64,000 bases of DNA, from NCBI RefSeq assembly GCF_009914755.1, contig NC_060947.1. One strand, 5' to 3'. Below, piece after piece: positions 17,841-41,484 of this stretch. Made by a program: the position numbers and the translations under genes. This DNA comes from the human T2T-CHM13v2.0 reference genome, Homo sapiens. Under the pieces are notes generated by a model. That model was not told the origin of the DNA. It did no database searches and saw only the letters and a list, made by a program, of their open reading frames with translations. Within the stretch, counting starts at the first letter, position 1, and each line of letters starts with the position of its first letter.

Positions 17841-18429
17841 GAATTTATTGATTTTCAAGGACTCAGTATGTGCTAAAAATACCATCAGTCAGCCGGGCGC
17901 AGTATATATATATATATTTTCTGAGATGTTTGAGAGTAAACTGTGACCTAGTGCCCTTTTATCCATAAATATTTCAGTGTATTTCCTTTAAACAAGAACA
18001 TCCACAGTGTCCATAACCATAGTGCAATTATCAAAATCAAGAGTTAATATTGATACGGTACTATCATGTAATCAACAGACCTCACTCAAATTTTACCACC
18101 CAGTAATGTCATTTATAGGAAAAAAATGACATTGACATTTTTAAAGAGTACAAGCCAGATATTTTGTAGAACGTCTCTCATTCTGGGGTTGTCTAATGTG
18201 TTTTCATAACTAGATTCAGGTTATACATTTTTTTAGCCAATACATTTTAATTTCAGTTATTAGATTTTTAATTTCTAGAAAGTCTGCTTGGGCTCTTTTC
18301 AGACCTATTTGTTTCTTGATCATATTTTCCAGGTAGAGAGGAAACAAGTGAACTTTATTATTTTCCTGCAAATACTTATGCAACATTTTCAGTACCATTT
18401 GTTGAAAACCCCATTCCCTCCCCAACTGG

Positions 18430-19610
<1,181 letters not shown>

Positions 19611-20009
19611 ACCAAGTCCCCCCTTTAGAAATCCTGTTTTAATATGCAAGGTTTTCAACAATTTTGTACATCTATATTTTATGTTCCTATAAAATTTGAC
19701 ATTTTATAGAGTTGCTGCCCAAAGCCTTAGAAGCTTCTCCTCATAGAACACATAAGAATATTAATGGTGTATGAGTCATCTCATCATATCATTTTAAGCT
19801 TTGGGAGGACTAATATGATTTGCAAATAGACAAGAATACTTGAGTAGCGTGTCCATGGGAACAGTGTGGTGATTATGCATATCGTCTTCTTTTCTTTTTG
19901 TTCCTTTTACACTTTTGGTTGCTACTAAGCACAAACATCTTGGAATTGGCTCTAAAATGTGACCCTCTGTCAGCATCATCTGAGAAGAGCCTCTAATATT
20001 GCCTTGTAT

Positions 20010-21790
<1,781 letters not shown>

Positions 21791-21794
21791 TTTT

Positions 21795-24025
<2,231 letters not shown>

Positions 24026-24027
24026 CA

Positions 24028-25397
<1,370 letters not shown>

Positions 25398-25398
25398 C

Positions 25399-25441
<43 letters not shown>

Positions 25442-26552
25442 AAATTTATATATATATTTATATATATATATATTTATATATATATTTATATATATATTTA
25501 TATATATTTATATATATATTTATATATATATTTATATATATTTATTTATATATTTATATATATTTATATATTTATATATATTTATATATATATTTATATA
25601 TTTATATATTTATATATATATTTATATATTTATATATATTTATATATATATATTTATATATATTATATATATTTATATATATTTATATATATTATATATA
25701 TTTATATATATTTATATATATTTATATATATATTTATATATATTTATATATATATTTATATATATTTATATATATATTTATATATATTTATATATATATT
25801 TATATATATTTATATATATATTTATATATATATTTATATATATATTTATATATATATTTATATATATATTTATATATATATATTTATATATATATTTATA
25901 TATATATTTATATATATATTTATATATGTATTTATATATATATTTATATATGTATTTATATATATATTTATATATGTATTTATATATGTATTTATATATG
26001 TATTTATATATGTATTTATATATGTATTTATATATGTATTTATATATGTATTTATATATGTATTTATATATGTATTTATATATGTATTTATATATGTATT
26101 TATATATATATTTATATATGTATTTATATATGTATTTATATATATATATTTATATATGTATTTATATATATATTTATATATGTATTTATATATATATTTA
26201 TATATGTATTTATATATATATTTATATATATATATTTATATATATATTTATATATATATTTATATATATATATTTATATATATATTTATATATATATTTA
26301 TATATATATTTATATATATATTTATATATATATTTATATATATATATTTATATATATATTTATATATATATTTATATATATATTTATATATATTTATATA
26401 TATTTATATATATATTTATATATATATTTATATATATATATTTATATATATATTTATATATATATTTATATATATATTTATATATATATTTATATATATA
26501 TATTTATATATATATTTATATATATATTTATATATATATTTATATATATATT

Positions 26553-26585
<33 letters not shown>

Positions 26586-29432
26586 TTATATATATTTATA
26601 TATATATTTATTTATATATATTTATATATATATTTATTTATATATTTATATATATATTTATATATATATATTTATATATATATTTATATATATATTTATA
26701 TATATATATTTATATATATATATTTATATATATATTTATATATATATATTTATATATATATTTATATATATATTTATATATATATATTTATATATATATA
26801 TTTATATATATATTATATATATATTTATATATATTTATATATATATATTTATATAATATATATATTTATATATATTTATATATATATTTATATATATTTA
26901 TATATATATTTATATATATATTTATATATATTTATATATATTAATATATATTTATATATATATTTATATATATTTATATATATATATTTATATATATATT
27001 TTTATATATATTTTTATATATATATTTTTATATATATTTTTATATATATTTATATATATATTTATGTATATATATATTTATATATATATTTATGTATATA
27101 TATATTTATATATATATTTATGTATATATATATTTATATATATTTATGTATATATTTATGTATATATATATTTATGTATATATTTATGTATATATATATA
27201 TTTATATATATTTATATATATATTTATGTATATATATATTTATATATATATTTATGTATATATATATTTATATATATTTATATATATATTTATATATATT
27301 TATATATATTTATATATATATTTATATATATATTTATGTATATATATTTATATATATTTATATATATATTTATATATATTTATATATATATTTATATATT
27401 TATATATATATATTTATATATATTTATATATTTATATATATATTTATATATATTTATATATATTTATGTATATTTATATATATTTATATATATTTATATA
27501 TATTTATATATATATTTATATATATTTATATATATTTATATATATTTATATATATTTATATATATTTATATATATTTATATATATATTTTTATATATATT
27601 TATATATATATTTTTATATATATTTATATATATTTATATATATTTTTATATATGTTTATATATATTTATATATATTTTTATATATATTTATATATATATT
27701 TATATATATTTATATATATATTTATATATTTATTTATTTATATGTATATTTATATATTTATATGTATATTTATATGTATATTTATATGTATATTTATGTA
27801 TATTTATATGTATATTTATATATATTTATATGTATATTTATATATATTTATATGTATATTTATATGTATATTTATATATATATTTATATATTTATATGTA
27901 TATTTATATATATTTATATATATTTATATATATTTATATATATTTATATATATTTATATATATTTATATATATTTATATATATTTATATATATATTTATA
28001 TATATTTATATATATATTTATATATATTTATATATATTTATATATATATTTATATATATTTATATATATTTATATATATTTATATATATTTATATATATT
28101 TATATATATTTATATATATTTATATATATATTTATATATATTTATATATATTTATATATATATTTATATATATTTATATATATTTATATATATATTTATA
28201 TATATTTATATATATTTATATATATATTTATATATATTTATATATATTTATATATTTATATATATTTATATATATTTATATATATTTATATATATTTATA
28301 TATATTTATATATATTTATATATATTTATATATATTTATATATATTTATATATATTTATATATATATTTAGATATATTTATATATATTTATATATATTTA
28401 TATATATATTTATATATATTTATATATATTTATATATATATTTATATATATTTATATATATTTATATATATATTTATATATATTTATATATATTTATATA
28501 TATATTTATATATATTTATATATATTTATATATATATTTATATATATTTATATATATATTTATATATATTTATATATATTTATATATATTTATATATATA
28601 TTTATATATATTTATATATATTTATATATATATTTATATATATTTATATATATTTATATATATTTATATATATTTATATATATATTTATATATATTTATC
28701 TATATATTTATATATATTTATCTATATATTTATATATATTTATCTATATATGTATATATATTTATCTATATATTTATATATTTATATATATTTATATATA
28801 TTTATATATATATTTATATATATTTATATATATATTTATATATATTTATGTATATATTTATATATATTTATATATATTTATATATATTTATATATATATT
28901 TATATATATTTATATATATATTTATATATATATTTATATATATTTATATATATATTTATATATATATTTATATATATATATATATTTATATATATTTATA
29001 TATATTTATATATATATATATATTTATATATATTTATATATATTTATATATATATATATATTTATATATATTTATATATATTTATATATATATATATATT
29101 TATATATATTTATATATATTTATATATATATTTATATATATTTATATATATTTAGATATATATTTATATATATTTATATATATTTATATATATTTATTTA
29201 TATATTTATATATATTTTTATATATTTATATATATATTTATATATATTTATATATATTTATACATATATATTTATATATATATATAAATATATATGTATA
29301 AATATATATATTTATACAAATATATATTTATATATATTTATTATATAAAAATATATATATTTATATATTATATATATTTATATAATATAAATATATTTTT
29401 TAATATATAAATATATATATTTATATATATAT
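25398..29432. repeat. ~4.0 kb AT-rich (TA)n/TTTA(TA)n micro/minisatellite
   Basis: Almost purely A/T; units TTTA(TA)3-5 with G- and C-variant subdomains. Confidence 0.99.
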
Positions 29433-29469
29433 AAAAATCATATCATATGCCTTAAATATACACAATTAT

Positions 29470-29950
29470 AGCCAAAACAATTTGGCAAATTAAGAACAAA
29501 TTTGGGCTTGCACTTCCCTATTTCAAAACTTACTACAAAATTACAGTAATCAAGACTATGTGCTACTGGCAAAAAGATAGATATATAGACCAATGGAACA
29601 GAATTGATAATTCAGAATAAACCCTTACATTTATGGCCAAGTGATTTTTGAGAAGGGTGCCAAGGCAATTCAGAGGAAAACAATAAACTTTTCAACAAAT
29701 GTTACTGGAACAGCTATATATTCACATCTTCTCATCATATTCAAACGTTAACTCAAAATGGATTTTAGACCTCATGCAAAAACTAAACCTTTAAAACTCT
29801 AGAAGAAAATATAGAAATAAATCTTCATGGTCTTGAATTAGGCAATGGTTTCTTAAATATGACCCAAGGCAAGGGTCACAAAAGAAAAAATATATATAAA
29901 TTGGACTTCATAAAAATAAAAAACCTACATTTTATACTTTTAAAGGGTGC
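29470..29950 (+). mobile_element. L1M ORF2 fragment
   Basis: ttcaaaacttactacaaaattacagtaatcaagact...gaccaatggaacagaat. Confidence 0.8.
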
Positions 29951-32525
29951 CATGTTGTCCTGTATTTTAGTTTGTCTTGTTTGTTTTTAACTCCTGAAGA
30001 CATTAACGTTTACCAACACTCATTCTTCATTCCTTTTCCATTTTCAGTCTTTCCATCTGGGATCACTTTCCTTCTTCCTGAAATACATTCTTTAAAAGAT
30101 GTCCTTTCATCAGGGTTTATTCATGGCAAATTCACTTATGTTTGACTGAAAATGTCTTCATTTCAACCTCATTTTTTCCATAATTTGTAAATATTTCAGT
30201 ATTAATCTCTAAAGATGACTCATTTGTTATAAAAGTAACTACAGTATCCATTTCATGCCTAAAAAATGAAGAAGTTTAAAACATTATGAAATAGTCAAGC
30301 TTTTAATATCATCAAATACCCAATCAGTATTCCAATTTCCAACTGTCTCATAGATGCCATATTTTGTTTTATAGTTTGCTTTCTTGAATGAGGATATAAA
30401 TAAAGCCTGAACATTGTAATTAGTTGATATATCTCTCACATTCCTTTAGATCTATAGGTTTCCCCTCCACCTATTTTTTTCTTTGAAATTTATCCTTTGA
30501 AGAAACCAGGTTGTTTGCACTATAGATTTTCCCAAAATTTGGATTTCACTGATTGTTACTTTATTCTTTTTATTTTATTTTGTTTTATTTACTTTTTTAT
30601 TGTGATAAAATATGCATACAAAATTTGCCATTTTCACCATTTTTATTGATACAAAATAATTGTACATATTTATGGGGTACATGTGATATTTTGATACATG
30701 TAACATGTAATGAGCAAATTAGAATAATCCATTTTAACCATTTTCAAGTTTATAATTCCATAGCGTTAATTACATTCACAATATCTGTCCTTTTGGGATT
30801 GGATTGTTTCAGTTAGCACAATGTCTTTGACATTCATCCATGTTGTAGCATATGTCAAAATTTCATTCTGTTTTGCTGCTCAATGATATTCCATTGTATG
30901 TATATACCACCTTTTGTTTATCCATTCATCTGTTAGCGGATATTTAGATTGTTTCCACCTTTTGGCTATTGTGAATAATGCTGCTATAAACATGAGTGTA
31001 CAAATAGTTGAGCCCCTGCTTTCAGTTTTGGGGGACATATACCTAAGAGTGGAATTTGCTGGATTATACAGTAATTCTATGTTTAACTTTTTGAAGAACC
31101 ACCCAACTTTTTCAACAATGGCTGCACCAGTTTGCTTTCTCGCCAGCAAGGTACGAAGGTTCCAATTTCTCCACATCTTCAACGACATTTTATATTCCAT
31201 TAAAAAAAATTATAGCCTGTACTCCCAGCACTTTGAGAGGCCAAGGCGGGAGGATCACGAGGTCAGGAGTTCGAGACCAGCCTGGCCAATCTGGTAAAAA
31301 CCACATCTCTACTATAAATGGAAAAATTAGCCAGGCGTGGTGGGCGCCTGTAATCCCAGCTACTTAGGAGGCTGAGGCAGGAGAATCACTTGAACCCAAG
31401 AGGCGGAGGTTGCAGTGAGCCGAGATTGCACCACTGCACCCCAGCCTGGGCGATAGAGTGAGACTCCATCTCAAAAAAAAAAAAATTATAGTCACCTTAA
31501 TGGGTGTGAAATGGTATTTCATCGTGGTTTTCATTGTATTCCCCTAATGACTAATGATGTGTAGCACCTTTTCATGTGGTTATTGACCATTTGTATATCT
31601 TGCCTGGATAAATATGTATTCAGATACTTTGCTAATATTTTTATTTTGGTAAAATATACATAAACTAAAATTTACCATTTCAATCATTTTAAAGTGTACA
31701 GTTCAGTGGCATTAAGTACATTCACACTGTTGTGCAAACATCACCATATCTGACTCCAGAACTATTTTGTCATCTCAAACTGAAATTCTATAGCTATTAA
31801 ACAGTAAATTCCTATTCTTCCCTCCCTCCTAGTTTCCATTAACCTACCTTCTGTTTCTATGAATTTGACTAATCTAGGTATCTCATATAAGTGGAATTAT
31901 ACAATGTATGTCCTTTTTTGTCTGGCTTATTTCCCTGAAGCATAATATTTTCAAGGTTCATCCATGTTGCAAAATCTATCAGAATTTCTGCCTTTTTAAG
32001 GCTGAATAATATTCCATTGTATGTATATACCACATTTTGTTTATCCATTCATTTTTTGCTGGACTTTTGGATTGGTTCCACCTTTTGGCTATTGTGAACA
32101 ATGCTGCTATGAATATTAGTTACAAATATCTGTTCTAGTTCCTGCTTTGAAATATTCTGGGTATGTACTTAGAAGTGTAATTGCTTGATAATATGGTAAT
32201 TCTATGTTCAATCTTATGAGAAACTTCTGTACTATCTTCCACAGTGGCTGCACCATTTTCCATTCCCACCATAATGCACAAGGGTTCCAGTTTCTCTAAA
32301 TCTTCACCAACACTTGTCATTTTCTGTTTCTTTTTTTTGGTATGTTTGTTTTGGTTTGCATTTGCCCAGTGATTAGGGATGTTGAAGATCTTTTCATGTG
32401 CTTATTGGCCATGAGTATATCTTATTTGGAGAAATATGTAAAGTCCTTTGCCCAGTTTTTAATTGGGTTATTTTTGGTTGTTGTTGAGTTGTAGGAGTTC
32501 CTTACATATTATGGATAGTATTCCC

Positions 32526-32860
32526 TGTATTAGTTTGCTAGGGCTGCCGTAACAAACTACAGACTCGGTGGCATAAATAACATAAATTTATTTTCTCATT
32601 ATTCTGGAGTCTAGAAATCCAAGATCAAGGGTGGTTTCATTCTGAGGCTTCTTTCCTTGGCTTGTAGATGGCCATTTTCTCTTGTCTTCACATGGTCTTT
32701 CCTCCGTGTTTATCCGTCTCTTAATTTCCTCTTCTTATAAGGTCACCAGTCAAATTGGGTTACAGCCCACCCTAATGACCTCATTTAACCTTAATTACCA
32801 CTTTTAAGACCCTATTTCCAAATACAGTTACATCGAGGGGACACAATTCAGCCCATAACA
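32526..32860 (-). mobile_element. MLT1A/B MaLR solo LTR
   Basis: tgtattagtttgctagggctgccgtaacaaa...aattcagcccataaca. Confidence 0.85.
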
Positions 32861-33253
32861 ATTCCTTAGCAGATACAATGTTTTCTCCCAGTCTGTGGGT
32901 TACTTTTCATTCTCTCTCTCTCTCTCTCTTTTTTTTTTTTTTGTTTGATACAGAGTCTCACTCTGTCTCCCAGGCTGAAGTGCAGTGGTGTGTGATCTCG
33001 GCTCACTGCAACCTCCTTCTCCCGGTTTCAAGTGATTCTCCTGCCTCAGCCTCCCGAGTAGCTGGGATTACAGGCATTTTTCATTTTCTTGATAGTGTCC
33101 TTTCATGCACAAAAGTTAAGTCCAATTTATCTATTTTTTCTCTTGTTGCCTGTGCTTTTGGTGTCGTATCCAAGAAATCATTGCCAAATCCAGTGTCATG
33201 AAGATTTCCTCCTATTTTCTTCTAAGAGATTTGCAGTTTTAGCTCCTATGTTT

Positions 33254-33289
33254 ATAACCTTTCAGTCTTTTGGCCAAGATCAAGTGTAG
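33254..33289 (+). pseudogene. RNU2: Tailless U2 snRNA 5' fragment (about nt 1-36)
   Basis: ataacctttcagtcttttggccaagatcaagtgtag versus U2 atcgcttctcggccttttggctaagatcaagtgtag (29/36 by eye); TSD agct(cc/tg)tatgttta. Confidence 0.85.
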
Positions 33290-33699
33290 CTTGTATGTTT
33301 AAGTCTTTGATCCATTTTTATTTTACTTTTGTACATGGTGTAGGATAAGGATCCATCTTCATTCTTTTGCATACGAATATCCAGTTTTCCTAGAGTGAAC
33401 TGTTGAAAAGATTTTCCCATTGACTGGTCTCAGTGTCCTTCTCAAAAATCATTTGACCATATGTATGAGGGTTCATATCAGGGCTCTGAAGTCTGTTCCA
33501 TTTGTCTATATGTCTGTTTTTATGCCAGTACTACACTGTTTTGATTACTGTAGCTTTGTGGTAAGTTTTGAAATCCGGAAGTGTGAGTCTTCCAATGCTG
33601 ATCTTTTTCAAGGTTGTTTTGGGTATTTGGGGTCTCTTAAGAGCCATATGACTTTTTGGATAAGGTTTCTTATTTCTGAAAAAAATGACAAGGGGATGG

Positions 33700-35850
<2,151 letters not shown>

Positions 35851-36387
35851 TTTTTTTTAATAATGCAAGATAATTGAACATGTTTAAAGGCTGAGTCAGG
35901 AGAAACGGAGAGGCTGAAGATAGAGAAGTGAGAGAGGAACTGATTTATCAAGATTCCAGATGAGATAGTGGGGAATAGGACATATAACACTGGTAGAAGT
36001 AGTCGACGTGAAAAAGAGCACCTCTTCCACTGTGTCAGGGGGAAGGAGCGAGTACAGGACAGGTAGGAATGGTCAAGTTTGTAAGTAGTTTGTTGTAAGG
36101 AGTTGAGGACATTCCTGTCTGTTGTCTTCTATTTTCAATGCAGAGAAGGTGAGATGACAGTGAGTGTGAGGGTGAGGTAGAGGAGTGGGAAGGCTGAAGA
36201 GAATGGGGATTTGGCAAAACTGCTGTGGAGACTCGGGCTAGAATTTCATATTTTCTCTGCCTTCAATGGGAGATGCTCAGAATTATGTGTGTGAGTACTT
36301 CTTTTAATGTCTCATGAAATCACAAATGAATTTCTGGTCCTGGATGTTTGTTGAGCTGGCCACAAGATCAACTGCCTTGGAATTTTA

Positions 36388-36834
<447 letters not shown>

Positions 36835-37009
36835 CTACAGCTGTCAGGAAGCTCAGGGCACACTGAGCCCCATACTCTCTGAGGCGCCTGCTCACATACA
36901 TTCCCTTGGCTTCCTTCCTCTCAGAGCTCTTTGTTCTGTTTTCTCCCCCACAGGATTGGTTCTACCCTCTGTTTTAACCTTTAAGGAGAATGGGGGAGGG
37001 ACCTGCCAT

Positions 37010-37440
37010 TTATAGCTTAGGGCTGAAGAGTGCAGGCTGCAGGGACTCAGATGGCCTATGGGCCCAGGTTCCAGCTGCTGCTGTGTGTCCCTGGACAAGC
37101 AACTCATTCTCTCTAAACCTCTGGCTCCTCATCTACAGCACAGGCATGACCACAGCTCCTACTTCATAGGCAGTGCTTGTGGGAAATAAATGAGGCCATT
37201 CATGTAAAGCGTTTGGAGCCATACCTGCATCTCAGTGAGTGCCACCTAATGCTAACGAGTACAATGATCCTGCAATCTTCTCTGCAGCATATAATTGGGA
37301 GGGAGGAATTCTCTCAAAGTCTCACAGTGGTCCTGAGCTGTAGATGGCATCTCGTCCATTTTACAGATGGGAAAAGTGAAGTCGAGGCTGGCTTTGATGG
37401 TCCCACATCAGGGGAGTGTCATCGCTGGGATTTGGATCCA
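37010..37440. mobile_element. Two MIR SINE remnants
   Basis: tgtgtccctggacaagcaactcattctctctaaacctc and ccattttacagatgggaaaagtgaag cores. Confidence 0.75.
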
Positions 37441-37589
37441 GTCTGTGTGTCTGTCTGTGTGCCTGTCAACAGGGTCGAATGAGTTGGGACCTCCTATGCT
37501 AAACAGCTTTGTAGGGGAAGCCACATGCGCCGGGGATTTCTCTGCATCTATCCTCTCATCTCTTAGATGAGGTGAGCAGGCCAGCTTCG

Positions 37590-37760
37590 TGATTCTCCAA
37601 CCTGGCTGGACATCAGGGCCGCCTGAGACTGGTTAATGACATAGCTTCCTGGGCCCTACCCCCATGCTACTGAACCAGACCCTGAAGTTTGGGCTCCAGG
37701 AATCTGCATTTCTAGGAGCCCATGTTGTGATTCTGAGGTAGCCAGTCTGGCCTTCCAAAA
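37590..37760. mobile_element. MER5A-like hAT element
   Basis: gggctccaggaatctgcatttct...gtgattctga. Confidence 0.7.
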
Positions 37761-38076
37761 CCTCTGGGTGAAATTTGAAGCAAGTCTGTGAGGCAGGACG
37801 CTCCTCTTCCCTCCAGGGTGTGAGACGGTGTCCTCCAAAGAGCCTGCACTTGCTGTGCGCTCACTGACCTGCCGTTCTCAGTGGGGATCCAGGGAAAAGC
37901 ATGATTTGGCCAGTGTGGCTTCTACAACCTCAGCAGAATAAACAGGGAAAGTTTCACACAAAAATTCCTCATTCACACTTATTTTCTCATTCATTCTGCA
38001 TTTACTGGCATTACTTTCACCCACTCTTTCCTTCGCTCACATTTATTCATTCCTTTTTACACTCACATTCACTCTC

Positions 38077-38560
38077 TGTGTCAGGCAGAATGCTGTCCCA
38101 AAACACATGGCAAACTCCATGGGCAAACTGATGGTAAACTCATGAGGACATAATTTACAGAGGTAGGTGGCATTAGAGGACCCACAAGGGATGGGCAGAG
38201 ACGGAGGAACTGAATCTGCCAAAAGCCATTACCACCTCAAGCCCTGAAGGGTCAAGGTGCAAGGGCAGTTAAAAGAAAGTGACAAGAGTCACAGCCACGG
38301 AAGAAGAGCGGCCCATGGGAACTGATGGCCCGAGTTAGGGGAGCCTCGCGACAGCTAAAGCACAACCCAGCAGATAGGGAGGCATAGGGATAAATACCCG
38401 AAAGCTCTCGCTGTGACCTCTGAGCATCGGGTGCCATTGTCTCTCACTTGCAGGACAAGGAGCCCAGATGATACAATCAGCAACGGTCAGTCTCCTGAAG
38501 CACAGAGCGGGATAGGCATAGATGGGGAGTGGATTTAGAGGGGCAAGTGGGGAGTAATGA
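38077..38560. mobile_element. LTR33-like ERVL LTR
   Basis: ttaccacctcaagccctgaagggtcaagg...ggagtggatttagaggggcaa. Confidence 0.7.
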
Positions 38561-41484
38561 AGACAGTCCCCCACCATTAGCCCCTGAGCAGCCCTTCCTC
38601 CTGCTTGGGTCTGGCCCAGCCACCTGTCCCACCTCAAGATCTTCAATGTGGGCACATGCTACATGGTAACCAAGGGCAGGATCACATCCAGAGCCACACA
38701 GTCTACTACCTCATGAACATCCCATCACGCCCCACTCCATATATCTATGCCGGCATGGTGAGAGCAAACTCAACCTCAGAGGCCGCATTGGAGGCAAGCA
38801 GGTAGGGAGGGCCACACACACCCAGATGGGTTGGCTGGGCTGTCCCAGGTGGGCTGGAGGTGTAGGGGTGGCCACATTCTGGGTCCTGAGGTGGGTGACC
38901 CAGGGATGGGGCAGAAGCAGATTTCGTCACTCCTGCTTTTCCACCCATCAGCCACTCAGTCTCGCCTCAGCTGCCGAATGGCTCCCAATGCCACCTGCTC
39001 TGTAGGTCTAAGAGCTTGGCCCTAGCACACAAGGCCTGCCCAAAGTCAGCTGCTCCATGACAGTGACCCTCTTGGCCCTCCCTGACTGGTCCCCTCATCT
39101 TTCTCACAACTCTGTGCCTTTGCTGGTGCAGTTTCCCCACCTAGACTGCCCTCCTCTCTTCCGTCTGTCGGTGGGTGACCATCACTGGTCACACAGACAG
39201 CTGCCCTGAGACACCCACCCTTGAATCACTCTTCTCCCCAACTCAGGGTGGATACTGCCCTTCCCACCTCACCGCAACACAGGTGTCACAGTGGCAGCCC
39301 CTGTCCCCATCCATGACTCTGTCCTTCCTGCCCACCCCCCAACTCCCTTCCAAGGCCCAGCACCCACTCCATGGTGTGGTCCAGGAAGCCCTCCCCATCT
39401 TCTCCTCCCTCCCAGGCAGGTTGCCATGCCCTGGGCTCCAGCTCTCCCAGTTCTGGCCCATGTGTGGCTCTCTTGACCTGAGTCTCTTCTCCCCAGCCTA
39501 GCACAGTGACCTGCACGTTCTTTTTTTTTTTGACCTGCACGTTCTTATTGCTGGCTGAATAAAGGGATCCATTTCTACAGCATTTGGCCTTGTGCCTCAG
39601 CTTGTTAGCACAGGTATTGTTCCTGCTGGCAGGACTGCTTGGGGGTGGGACAGGTGGGAAATGAAGTGCAGGAAGGACAGTTGTTGTCATGATTGTCATT
39701 TATTGGACACCTATGCACAGTTATGGTGCCATCTGCTTCTGCACGTGGGGCTCATTTCATTTTCACCATAGCTCCGTGGGGTGGGCATTCCTGCCACCGG
39801 TTCAAGTATGAGGAAGCTGAGGCCCAGAGAGGAGCAGAGAGCAGCCCCAGGGCAGGTGGCCAGGACAAGACAAATCCCAGACGGAAAGCTGGGCCTACCC
39901 GCCTGCCCTCAGCTCCCCCATTGGAGAGGTGGGGGTGCCCCAGGCAAGGCACTGCCCTGATGGCCCCGTCCTAGTGGTTCCCTTTCTGTTACCTCCAGAC
40001 TGACAGCCTCCCCGCTAGGTAGACTCTGACCTGTTACTCCCCCATGGCCCACTCCTCAGAGCAGAGTCAGAGGCCGCAGGAAGTGTGACCCTGGCCCATG
40101 GCAGCCCCTGCAGCCAGGGCCATCTTGGCTGGAGCCAGCCTGGCCTTGCCAACACAGCTTGGAGCCCAGCTAGACACGTGGCCATCTCCACAGGGCATGC
40201 CTCCCTGCACACAACCCTGTGTGTGCATGCACACAACCGGCACCACCTTCATGTTCATCACAGAGCACCAGGCCCAGTTTACAAAGCACCTCCCCGTCGA
40301 GGTAACTCTCACTTGCGCAGCACCCACCGTGTACCAGGCCACGGTCTGGGTGCTCCCCACCCACTATCTAAAGTGCGGCCCCCAGAGAGCAGGCCGGGTG
40401 AGCCAATGCTCTTTGGATATGAGGCCAGAGAGGGGCAGGGACGTGTCCGAGGGCACAAGGGACCATGTAAGGGAGCTGGGGGAGTTTACCCTACGGCTCC
40501 TTCCTCCCAGTCAAGGGCTCCTTCCACCAGAGCACGCTGACTGCTGACTCATGTCCATAATGAAATGTATGTATGAAACGCCTATAGCCGCATATAGAAA
40601 TGTGTGCCTGGACCTATGCACCTGTGCAGATGTTCCTAACACATGCCATCAGCGGTTAACAACACGCCTATACACAGAGGAGGAAATCACTAGCTCCTCT
40701 GGGCTCCCACAGCCCTTTATGGTTCCCCTCGGTGCTGCCAGTGTTTCCCTCACCGGATTGGCCGTCTTGAGAACAGGAACACCCCAGCACCCAGCACAGG
40801 GTGCTCACTACCTGGAACCCTGCAGTCACTATACATGGCAGTTGAAGGAACAAATAAATGTCTGACAGATTGGGATGCTGTGTGGAGCCTGTGAGAAGCC
40901 CCATCTGGAGAATCAAAGCGCGAGCTTCTAGCATTTTGGAGCAAAAGCCATGCTCTCTTCATCAAATAACCGCTCACCTTTTGAGAAGTGGCACCTGGCA
41001 CCTGACGATTAATTCAACAAGGTTGAACTACTGGCTCCTGGTAGAGTATGAGCACTTAACCACGGGACCCCAAGTGACCATGCACCTGAGCTGCTCACCC
41101 TAGGCCTGTGCCATCTTATCCACCAAACCATAAAGTCAGGCAGGCAATGACAATGCTTCGTCACCAAAGGGCAGTGGTCAGAGGAGATCAGACCGGAGCA
41201 GGTCCTGCAGGCACAAGTGAGTTACGGGAGGCTCACCCTCCCCATAACACCTTCTCCTGCCACATTGCTTGCCCTCCCTCAGCTCACACTGAGGGCCTTG
41301 TATGGAGTTCCCAACAACCAGCTTCCAAAGAAGGAAAAAAGCCCAGGAGCATGGTTTGCAAATGACACACATGATAAGCAGGAACTAGCTGGAGGCTGAG
41401 CTGTGGTGCAACAGCCCCACTCAGGTGTGACCCTGACGGGAAGTAAAAAAAGGAAATCCTCTTCAGAGTCAAAACTCAACAGCC

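Noticed and set aside
25398-29432. CRISPR-like or other repeat-spacer array
   Set aside because: No unique spacers and no associated genes; simple repeat in human DNA.
40085-40547. 149-151 aa ORFs in GC-rich sequence
   Set aside because: The middle resembles a decayed MIR (tttacaaagcac...cccagagag); no recognisable domain or splice structure.
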